From Octopus sinensis (lineage: Eukaryota): a stretch of 21,128 nt of DNA. This document shows, in pieces, positions 1 to 8,930 of the stretch. Position numbers and translations under genes: made by a program. The first letter of the stretch is position 1, and each line of letters starts with the position of its first letter. Below the pieces are notes generated by a model that saw only the letters and a list, made by a program, of their open reading frames with translations, was not told the origin of the DNA and made no database searches. The stretch is taken from positions 1 to 21,128 of the forward strand of contig NW_021823804.1 of the NCBI RefSeq assembly GCF_006345805.1, read 5' to 3'.

Positions 1-94
1 CATTCTGCTGGAATGCTAATGTCGGGGAAGAAAGAGGGTATACTGAGTAAGTGAAGGGAATTAAAATGTATCAATCTCACCAAATCCTTAGTAC

Positions 95-330
95 ATGGTT
101 ATGTAGCTAATAGCATCACACAAACACCACACACACACACACACACAACACACACACAACACAAAACCTCTTTTTCTTCTTTCTCCCTCCCTCTCTCTCC
201 TCTTTCTATCACTTTCTTTCCCTCTCTCATTTACACTCTTCCACTATCAACGCCCATCTTTGACTGCTGACGCAAACTTTTCATATCGGATTCATATAAT
301 GAGAAATAAAGACGCCAATCTATATTTACA
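95..330 (+). repeat. Unclassified short module A: GGTTATGTAxCTxATxGCATCACAC-(CA)n-CT-rich-ACTCTTCCACT...ACTGCTGA...AAACTTTTCA
   Basis: Visible homology to 5265-5575 along its length, and to 6696-6860 and 7505-7620 in the 5' part. Confidence 0.65.
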
Positions 331-679
331 CACACACACACCACATTATATATATATATTGCATAATTGTGTGCTACTTCAATGAAAAAATGTATGGTAA
401 ATAAACAAATGACGCAATATATATATATGCGCACATATATATATATAGATATATATAAACATTCACTACCTCTTACGAACAGAGACTAACAGCACTTTAT
501 TGGTAAGTTACGATTTTCATTATATTATATCGGCCTCTATTGGCCATTGTCCAGTCTCCTCAGCGGCATTAGGATGGGATGGATAAAAAGGTTCACCACC
601 CTTAAGACCTCATAAATTTGGGTCCCAAATTACCTAAAATGTTTTTTTATGCTTTTATTTTTACTTCAGTAATTTTCAG

Positions 680-893
680 TTAACCCATTAGCATTGGCAC
701 TGGCCACGTCGGGCCCAAATATTCTTCCTGTTTTCTGTGGAAACTGAACACATTAGCCCTTTCACAACAACCATGCAAAGTTATTCTAAATGTAAGCAAT
801 CACATAATCAAAATCTCAAAGCTAGAAGATAACGTATGTTTAATTTTAAACGATGTGAATAAATAAGTAATTCATCTGAATGTTGAAGGAGTA
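680..893. mobile_element. Non-autonomous MITE with TTAA end (piggyBac-like), degraded
   Basis: Begins TTAA-CCCATTAGCATT and ends CTGAATGTTGAAGGAGTA, a decayed inverted repeat of CCCTTTAGCATT/AATGCTAAAGGG. Length ~215 bp. Resembles an abundant octopus MITE from recall, not from a search. Confidence 0.7.
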
Positions 894-946
894 TCCCTTC
901 TAGCTGGTACAATAATGAAACAGCAATTCCATCTCAAATTACGTGG

Positions 947-1206
947 GGTATTTTTAAGGACACTTTTCAGGTACGAAGGAAGTGGTTAAGAATGTTAGTA
1001 GTACAAAAAATCGGGTCGGTATTTTTCTTAGTATTTGACTTTTGTTAATTATTGTTTGAAGCCGAGAAGGGTCAAATGAGAGTAGAGACGGTTGAAAAGC
1101 AAAAATTTGAAGAAATTTGTTTTGTGTGTTGGTGAGATTTGGGAGGCTGAGAGGGGGAGGAAAAATCAATTGATCATAATACTTGGAATAAATTTGGGAT
1201 GCGTGT
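947..1206 (-). mobile_element. Probable Penelope-like element fragment (RT-EN linker region)
   Basis: The minus strand reads ...PNLFQVL*... at one end and ...EKCP*K at the other, similar to the linker and CPL motif preceding Penelope GIY-YIG domains. Same strand and C/A-rich composition as the fragment at 1720-2400. Highly degraded. Confidence 0.45.
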
Positions 1207-1424
1207 TATATATATTTATATTTCTGTGGGTATCTATATATATATGCTGACTACTTTATGTTTTTATTACTGTGTATTAATGTAGGAGTTTATATGTATA
1301 TATATTGTGCGTATATGTGTGTGTTGCATGTATATATGTAAGAGCGTGTATGTAATATTATGTATTTGCAAATGTGATTATATATATAATGTAAATGCAA
1401 GTTGGATAATTCAGATTTATTGCA

Positions 1425-1466
1425 TATGCTTATATATATATATAAATAAATAAATAAATATATATA

Positions 1467-1509
<43 letters not shown>

Positions 1510-1630
1510 ATATACATATATATTTATTTATATATATAATAAATTATATATATATATATAATATATATATTAACATACATAGATATATGCGTACATAGGC
1601 ACACACACACACACACACACACATATATAA
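1425..1630. repeat. (AT)n and (CA)n microsatellite block
   Basis: Direct reading. Homologous blocks at ~10660-10812 and ~20045-20160 differ in length. Confidence 0.95.
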
Positions 1631-1719
1631 TCTATTTGGAATGTGTCCACTTGTCGATTGTCAGGTTGACTCTTGTTTACATTACAGCTTTGATGGGCCC
1701 CGGGGCTTGCTATATGATT

Positions 1720-2400
1720 ATTTAGAATTAGGGAAGTGCATGAATGTCGGGCAGTATTTATGCTTACGATAAAAAATAACGTCAGAGATTTTAACAGTGA
1801 GGAGTTGTGGAGGCGAAGAATAGTTAATGACCCTTTTATACATAACATACATTTACCTATATTTGTGTTGTAGAGGGGAGCTTCACATCCTCTGGAACAC
1901 GATAGAGCGTATTGGACATTGTTTTGAGTTAAGGTTGTATATGTGTGTCGCTAAAGATTGAAGTAGTTTAGATTTGGGATTAATGAAAAAATACATATGA
2001 GCACGACAACGGCATTCGAAATCCTCAGTGCCATAAATATACACCCTTGCTTGGTGGGTGCATGGGGTAATCACGTGGCACTTATAGATTACGTTTTTGA
2101 GGAGACAGGTGTCTGCATACCGTATATTTCAGAAGCGCGACAGTTGCAAGTGGTTGTGGTTTACTATTAGTAATGTTGATGTTGGTTGGTTTGTTGTTAG
2201 TGGGGAGAATCTAAATTAGGATTTATATTAGTATCGGATTGGGAGTTTGTAATGGAACTAATATCTATCGTCTAGTAGATAGGGTTGTAGAATGTTGGCT
2301 TAAGTTTAGTATTATACAATTGAAGTGGCTTATTAAGGTTTGTATTATTGTATTGTGATGGTTAGCTTGGGATTTTGGGGACAATTTTGGTTTTTATCCA
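1720..2400 (-). mobile_element. Penelope-like retroelement 3' part: GIY-YIG endonuclease pseudogene
   Basis: Minus-strand translation across frameshifts: TCNCRASE / DTCLLKNVIYKCHVITPCTHQARVYIYGTEDFECRCRAH...SLATHIYNL / GKCMLCIK. This has the Cys motif, VIY...YIxG core, RxxxH and CxLC pattern of Penelope endonucleases. It overlaps the ORFs at 1883-2074 and 1570-1848. Confidence 0.85.
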
Positions 2401-2778
2401 CACATAAACCCACCGGTGTTTTATAAAGACTTATGGAACCACGTGACCGCTGCTAGCTTTGGTGTTGTTGATGTGTATGTATTTTCAAAATGTTTTATTC
2501 TTCAACTTTGAGATGTATTGTTGATTTTTTTTATTTTATCTTACTATAATCAGCAACAAACACCTTCCGTCAATATTAAATTCTTTATTGGATAAAAAAA
2601 AAACATTATCAAAACATGAAGTTAAAACAAAACAAATGTGCTTTGTTTTCTTCCAGGCACAAATGTCCTGTAGCAATAGTCTTTCATCGACCGACCTTTC
2701 CTCCAAAAAAATCAGTGGAATCATTCGATCTCCATACACAAATTATTTTCCTCCTGGAACTATAAAAAAAGTTACACA

Positions 2779-2858
2779 CATTAGGCGCACCTTTCTCTAA
2801 GCGGCACACTAAATTTCCCAGGTAAAAAATAGCGGCTTATACACCGGAAAATACGGTG
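2779..2858. mobile_element. Terminal fragment of a Tc2/pogo-like (TcMar) DNA transposon or MITE
   Basis: CATTAGGCGCACC...TAAGCGGCAC...GCGGCTTATACACCGGAAAATACGG-TG matches the typical ...TTATAxxCCGGAAAATACGG-TA end with a subterminal repeat. No clear partner TIR; the element may extend left to ~2400. Confidence 0.6.
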
Positions 2859-3696
2859 TTTCTTTTTTTGTCATATTCATATCGACTTTCACTCCATAAA
2901 CGTTACACAAACACTTGACTGCGATGCCTGAATGTCTACATTAAAGCATTTTAAGCTAAATTCTCTGCCTGATCTACAGGCTCATTAGGCCCCCAGAATA
3001 TCTCGGTATCGAACGTATTCAACACCCAAGGATACAACACACAGGATACCAGTCTGTCGCAATGTTAACCCCTGGTTAATGCTGGTACTTTCAGATGAGA
3101 GCACTGGAAGTGTCTTTCTCGTGGACACAACTTACCGAACAATAATCCATACGCCTATGTGTGTGTGTGTGCGCTTATGTACATATCCGTGCGTATGTGG
3201 GTGTATTTTTGTATGCATGTACACACACACACATAATCTTTTATTCTTTTAATCTTTTGCTATTTAAGGTGAATTTCAAAGTCGTTATGCCAATCACATA
3301 ATCCCCTTCCGACATAGGACAAAAGTAAAGCTACGAAACTGGCTAAGTTTGGAGAAAACGAAACACCACATGTGACTGGATGGGAAGTAATTGAGAATCC
3401 ATAACTTATGTGAATGGATCGAATAAATATAAACATTATTTAGCTGAAAGAGTGCATATCCTGTTCAGATCTAAGATGCTTAATTCTCTATTGGACTCTA
3501 GGTCGGGAATTTTCAGTCGTTGTCAAGTATAAATATATTTTGAAGATCTGGAAAATTCCGTCTATTCTTGATTAGATTTTTGATATTTTATTAGCCTTAT
3601 AATTCAAGGTCTAACAAGGAGAACACTTAAATGCTGTTTTTACTTTTCCCTTTCCCATTTTCGTTTTTGTGCTTTCGCTTTCCGATTTCCGGAACA

Positions 3697-4776
3697 CTGG
3701 GCATGCTGTGGAAGACATGAACTGGGGCTGCGGCATCTCCAAACATTCTGCGTAAATGGTGAACAGGTGTGGTCATCGTTTGTCAACAGGCTTTTCCACA
3801 ACTCATCTCCTTGAGTAAGCTGCAGTCCTGGGTCAAGAAGAGACCAAGGAAGAGTTACTGGCATCTGGAATGTTGCTAGGCACTCACTGTCCTCTAGCAG
3901 GTGGGCAATGCGATCAGTAGAAAATCCACTCTGAAGTTCTATGGAGGGTTAGTGGAGGGATAGTGCGATGAAGCACTTGGAGAGACGTTAGGCGTGGACA
4001 AAATTGAACTAATCAGTCTGTTGAGAAGGACTTTCAAGACGGGGATGATGGATAACTTCTAGAATTCCCTTGTTTTGCAGTGTTATCGGGGGGCACTGCC
4101 GGTTCGAGATAAACTCTACAAGGACGGAAGTGCTGTCTGACCGACCTACCCGACATGTGCGCAGAGCTATGAAATCATTCTGCACGCACTCGTCCAGTGT
4201 CCTTGCATTACTGACATGGAGTTATGTTGAACAGCTGTTATCACGTGTAGGGGTTCTATCTATCGGCCGAGTCCGTAGTGAAGATCGCTCAGCCGCTTTC
4301 CATTAGTCCGGAAGGTCAGGCAATTTACTTATGTCTAATAGCAGTAGCGAAAGAGGCTGTATTGTGGATCAGGTTAAAAGGACTAAAGGCAGAGACTTTT
4401 CTCTACGGCCAATCACTCGTCAACTTTTTCAAATTTCCTTGGAAAGGAAGATGAGGGTGCAGAGTGAAGTGCTGCCTCCCAGAACTTTGCCAAAAGGTGG
4501 ATGAACAGAGAAAATGGTACGTGTGAGTGGACCACTCTAATAACACGCCTTTGTGCTAGTGAATTTTTAAAGTGAGGAGAGTGCTCTTCCCAGATGCTCT
4601 CGAAGCGTCGAGTGGTTCAGGATTGGGGTGTGGGGTACCTGAGCCAACTCCAGGGGATTCCCTGCACCTATTACGAACTTTCATTGTTATATTCTTTTGT
4701 CGGATATCATTGTTATTCTTTTAACTTTGTACTCGTTGTCTCTGTGTTAAATCCCCACTGTCCATGTCTACTGTGT
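3697..4776 (+). mobile_element. Tx1/L1-clade LINE 3' fragment (post-RT region, zf-RVT-type C terminus and 3' UTR), pseudogenised
   Basis: Reads QAFPQLISLSKLQSWVKKRP...QCYRGALPVRDKLYKDGSAV* / PTCAQSYEIILHALVQCP, the CCHC-type C-terminal motif of L1/Tx1 ORF2. Several stops and frameshifts. GC content is above the flanks. Confidence 0.85.
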
Positions 4777-5008
4777 CCTGTTTCTTTACTACCCCAAGGG
4801 GGCTAAACACAGAGAGGACAAACAAGACAGACAAACGGATTAATTCGATTATATCGATCACAGTGCGTAACTGGTACTTCTTTAATCGACCCGAAAGGAT
4901 GAAAGGCAAAGTCGAACTCGGGGGAATTTGAACTCAGAAGGTAACGGCAGAGAAATACCGCTTAGCATTCGCCGACGACTACTGAAGATTCTGCCAGCTC
5001 TCACCGCA
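4777..5008 (-). mobile_element. tRNA-derived SINE, family 1
   Basis: Minus strand has an A-box-like AGCTGGCAGAA (4989-4999), a B box GAGTTCAAATTCC (4923-4935) and a central GCCTTTCATCCTTTCGGGTCGAT...AAGTACCAG domain. Resembles a known octopus SINE from recall. Confidence 0.85.
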
Positions 5009-5046
5009 TTTTCTACTGTATCTTTCTCCCATATGCCGGCCCTATG

Positions 5047-5194
5047 GCAATAATAATAATACTAATAATAATTATTATTATTATTATATTATTATTATTA
5101 ATTAGTATTATTATCATTATCATTATTATATTAATATATTATTATTTTCATTATTATTATTAATTATTATTATTATTATTATTTACTATTATTA

Positions 5195-5233
<39 letters not shown>
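5047..5233. repeat. (AAT)n/(ATT)n trinucleotide microsatellite
   Basis: Direct reading. Expanded to ~14176-14478 in copy 2. Confidence 0.95.
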
Positions 5234-5234
<1 letters not shown>

Positions 5235-5264
5235 GGAATTTTTTTCAGGCTAAACTTTTCACTC

Positions 5265-5571
5265 ACTTCTCAGTAAAATTGTCATTTAATGCAATCGTTA
5301 ATGTGATATTCCCTCCAGTTTCATATTAAAGAAAAGATTAGGCAGGGTTGTGTATCTAATTGCATCACACACACAGACACACACACACACACAGACCACA
5401 CACCACACTCACAATTGTACACATCAACTCTCCTCCTCTTCTTTCCCCTCTCTCTCTTTTATCACTCCCTCTCCCCACTCTCTCATTTTAACTCTTCCAC
5501 TTCCCCGCCAATCGTCATAAACTGCTGATTGAAACTTTTCAAATCGAAATATATAATTAGAAATACAGATG

Positions 5572-5575
<4 letters not shown>
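5265..5575 (+). repeat. Unclassified short module B
   Basis: AAATT(AT)GTCATTTAAT...CAGTTTxATATTAAAGAAA...GTGTATCTAATTGCATCACAC-(CA)n, followed by a CT-rich tail homologous to module A. Confidence 0.65.
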
Positions 5576-5613
<38 letters not shown>

Positions 5614-5617
5614 CTTA

Positions 5618-6702
5618 GAATGTGGAATGTTCGTATCAACTAACACAGACTACGGCATCATAATACAGGCCACGAAGCGATGATAGGAGCAAAGCTTATC
5701 CAAGTGAAGTCGGTGGGCCTGCAAATCGGCAGGTGGAGAGGCAGACCAATACCAACCGACATTTTGTAGGGCCCTAGACGGAATGACAGGTTAAACTGCT
5801 TGGATTCTGGTTTGCTCTTGACCTCGGGGTGGACAACAACGGCTGGGAGGTGACGAACAGGATAGTCGATCTCACCCAGAAGTTGGCAGAGAGGAAGCTG
5901 TTCGTGAAGGGTCGAGTCGAAGTGGCGAATGCGTACATCCCTTCCGTCATCTATGACTTTCTGAATGTAGTCCCATGCCCGATAAAGTTAGAGCGTTTGT
6001 TATTCCGCTTTCTAAAGAAGGGATGTGTTCCGCGCATCAGACGGTCCATCTGCTGTCAACAACCTCTCAGTAGAGTACTGGACATGTCGTTGCTAATGAT
6101 TCGCAGACTTACGCTTAGACTGCGACATCTCCTTCGTTTCTTTAGTGGTGAGAATAGGGGATAGACTGTTTGTGAAGCGGGCACTTTCCGCAGCTCGTCT
6201 CACTGATGAAGCTACAGTACTGAGTCAAGCGTTGGCCAAGAAAGGGCGCTTGGCACCTGGAGTCTCGGCAAGCTTTCACAGCTTTCTGCCAGTCGGCAAC
6301 GCGGGCGTTGATAGTTCCAACATGGATTTCTATAGGGAATTAGGAGAGGGGAAAGAACAACGAAGAAATCGAGGTAAATTCTGGGCGTAGGTTGAGGGAA
6401 TCAACTAACTGGTCTTTAACTTCCAGGAATCCCTGGCCTGGCGGTGCTACCGGGGAGCTCTGCCGATTCAAGACAAGCTCTACAGATACGAAAGTGTTGT
6501 CGGACGGATATGTTTGGGTTGTGCGCAGGGCGATGAAGTAGTCCTGCATGCACTCATCCGTCCAGTTTACGAGCCGAGTTCATTGTAAAGATCGCCCCGC
6601 CACCTTCTTTAGGCCGGGAAGGAAAAGCAGTTTCTTCTGCCCGGTGGCTAAACAAGTAGTGTGGTGGACGAGACTGAAAACATTGAAGACTAAACCTTCT
6701 TC
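5618..6702 (+). mobile_element. Second Tx1/L1-clade LINE fragment (end of RT domain to zf-RVT), pseudogenised
   Basis: Reads IGAKLIQVKSVGLQIGRWRG...NRIVDLTQKLAERKLFVKGRVEVANAYIPSVIY...KLERLLFRFLKKG...RLRHL...FQESLAWRCYRGALPIQDKL...CLGCAQGDEVVLHAL. Covers the ORFs at 5829-6164 and 6145-6390. Contains frameshifts and internal deletions. Confidence 0.88.
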
Positions 6703-6860
6703 ACAATGAAATTATGTCATTTAATATTATCATTTCATATTATCATAAATATTCACTTCAGTTTTATATTAAAGAAACTCATAGGTATGGTTATGTATCT
6801 CATTGCATCACACACAAACACACACAGACACACAGACACACGCACACAGACACACACACA
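6696..6860 (+). repeat. Unclassified short module C
   Basis: CTTCTTCACAATGAAATTATGTCATTTAAT...CTTCAGTTTTATATTAAAGAAACTCATAGGTATGGTTATGTATCTCATTGCATCACAC, near-match to module B, especially the copy 2 version at ~14505-14625. Confidence 0.7.
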
Positions 6861-7077
6861 GATACTGGAAGACAATTAGTTTTTTTTCAATTTCCTTTTT
6901 TATCTTTCACTTTTTGCAGAAGGCATCAAGAATACTGGAGACTTTCTCAAATACAAATACGTTAAACAGTTTAGTGGCCCCTGCATGTTTTCCTCTCCCT
7001 CTTCCCCTCACTCCTATGAAAATAGGACATCAAACTATTGAATGTTTGGGTAGAGATGAGCTCTCACTCTCTCTTTT

Positions 7078-7490
7078 TTACTCTTTTACTTGTTTCAGCG
7101 ATTTTAATGTGGCCGTGATGGAGCACCGCCTTTTGTCGAGTAAATCGACCCAAGGACTTATTCATGTAAGCCTAGTACTTCTTCTATCGGTCTCTTTTGC
7201 CGAACCGCTAACTTACAGGGACATAAACACACCAGCATCGGTTGTCAAGCGATGTTGGGGGGAAGGCGGGACTAACACTGACACACAAACACACACATAG
7301 AAATATATATATATGCATATATACAACGGGCTTCTTTCAGTTTCCGTCTACTAAATCCACTCACAAGGCTTTAGTCGGCCCGAGGCTATAGTAGAAGACG
7401 CTCGCCCAAAGTGCCACGCAGTGGGATTGAACCCGGAACAATGTGGTTGGTAAGCAAGCTACTTACCACACAGCCACTCCCGCGCCTATA
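7078..7490 (-). mobile_element. tRNA-derived SINE, family 2 (CORE-like central motif)
   Basis: Minus strand has an A box GTGGCTGTGTGGTAA (7463-7477) and a B box GGGTTCAATCCC (7423-7434), then GCACTTTGGGCGAGCG (CCTTGGGCAAG-like), an internal (AT)/(GT) tract and an A-rich GTAAAAGAGTAAAAAA tail. Resembles a very abundant octopus SINE from recall. Confidence 0.9.
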
Positions 7491-8260
7491 GAAGTTTGGA
7501 ATATAATTGTGTCAATTATTATAATCGTTATATATCTCAGTGCATCACACACACACAGCACAAACACAACACACACACACACACACACCACACACCACAC
7601 ACACATACACACACACACACCAGGACGTATACATTTGAAGACCCTTCACACCACACAAAATCCTCGCCTGTCATCCTCTTTCGTATAAAATATTGCTACT
7701 TTGATAACGAAAATTCTTTTCCCATAACTTTAAAGCTGCTAAAACCTATAATTCCTCTTCAGAATTGTTATAATTTCTCTATCATATACTTTATTTCACA
7801 AACGTAATTTTCAGAAACGAACTATTGTTAAATGAATTTGTATCGTTTTTTCCATGTCAATCATTATATATACCATTTAAATTATTATCGTTATTGATAA
7901 CTTGATTTTCTGAAGTGACACTAACGTTAAATGAATCTATCGTCTGCTCAGAGGAAATATTTGGCTGCTATTTCTAGCACATCCAGCTTAAGCTTCAGAG
8001 ATTCTTCAGGAAGAGAATGGTGGATGACAATGTGAACACTGGAGGGTCTAACAAAGAATTTAGAAATGTACTTCATTTTAATGTTGGCTTTTGACATTGT
8101 ATTTGGGAAGAGATCGATGATCAATAGTTATCGAGCAAAAGTGAGATGATTCTACCAGATGAAAAATCTATCGTCTGATCGTATAACAATATTTTAATCA
8201 TTTCCGGTAATGTCGCCTTTAAACGATTTTATGTTCCATAGCTACTAAATTTCTTTGACG

Positions 8261-8301
<41 letters not shown>

Positions 8302-8650
8302 CTCTATAACACGCACGATCAAACACACAGACACAAATTTCACACCTTACTACTAAGTGTATTTGACGTTTGTCTACCTCACACACACAATAACACATAC
8401 ACACACAGACACAAATGCAGTTATATACACACTCATACACATACACAATCACTCGCAATCATTAACACAAGCACACACCCGCACATCATCATACATACAG
8501 CATACATATTGTCCCCTACCTATTTTTACTACTCCCTCCTTCTACCCATTTCTGAAGTCATTGCTTATAACGGATTATTTTAAAAAAACACTCATTGTCA
8601 CTGTGGTCACCATGTAGGCAATCTTCAAAAATTTTGTTCGTCTTGTGGCT

Positions 8651-8763
8651 GAAAGAGGCTCTTAATCTTTCCTGATGAGAAGATGGCATAATGCACCATT
8701 TATTCCTTCGGAATTAAAATTATGCCGTCTTCGAAACATGTGTCGAGAGTAAAAACCTCGTTC
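8651..8763 (+). ncRNA. Type I hammerhead ribozyme
   Basis: Core CTGATGA at 8672-8678. Stem II is GAAGATGGCATAAT (8679-8692) with ATTATGCCGTCTTC (8719-8732): 14 bp, one U-G, first pair G10.1-C11.1. GAAA at 8733-8736. Stem III is AC-atgt-GT. Cleavage triplet GTC at 8742-8744. Stem I proximal is CTTTC (8667-8671)/GAGAG (8745-8749); distal is GAAAGAGG (8651-8658)/CCTCGTTC (8756-8763) with one mismatch. Confidence 0.9.
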
Positions 8764-8927
8764 GACTCCATTCTTTCATTTATTCATATAAATAACACAA
8801 ATTTGCACACAAGAACCCGGAGTTTCTACCCTTGACAGGTCACTTCAACTGTGTTTTCCGACGTGAATTTGCTACCCAGGTATCGGTTAAACGAATTTTC
8901 CATGCTAGAATAATTCATTCACCTACT

Positions 8928-8930
<3 letters not shown>

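Noticed and set aside
950-2400. G/T-skewed stretch initially suggestive of a mitochondrial insertion
   Set aside because: No mitochondrial gene motifs; the minus-strand translation gives Penelope GIY-YIG motifs instead.
2641-2780. Strong-looking splice acceptor TTTGTTTTCTTCCAG/G at 2656-2657
   Set aside because: No convincing donor or recognisable peptide, and the copies differ by a frameshifting A-run; it probably lies within the DNA-transposon remnant.
3092-3120. Possible degenerate hammerhead (CAGATGA-GAGCAC...GTGTCT)
   Set aside because: The core has A at the U4 position, stem II is imperfect and no GAAA follows.
3076-3132. LMLVLSDESTGSVFLVDT, reminiscent of a Ty3/gypsy protease start
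   Set aside because: Lacks the following GA/GS of the DTG motif and there is no other gag/pol sequence; too short to support.
6203-6245. CTGATGA inside the second LINE fragment
   Set aside because: No stem II closing onto a GAAA and no stems I or III; a chance heptamer in coding-derived sequence.
6901-6990. Polypyrimidine-TTTTTGCAG acceptor and putative exon GIKNTGDFLKYKYVKQF
   Set aside because: No good GT donor, and copy 2 has an in-frame TAG in this frame.
7415-7490. tRNA-like A and B boxes (also at 4923-5008)
   Set aside because: These are SINE heads followed by SINE body and tail; no full cloverleaf, so not called as tRNA genes.
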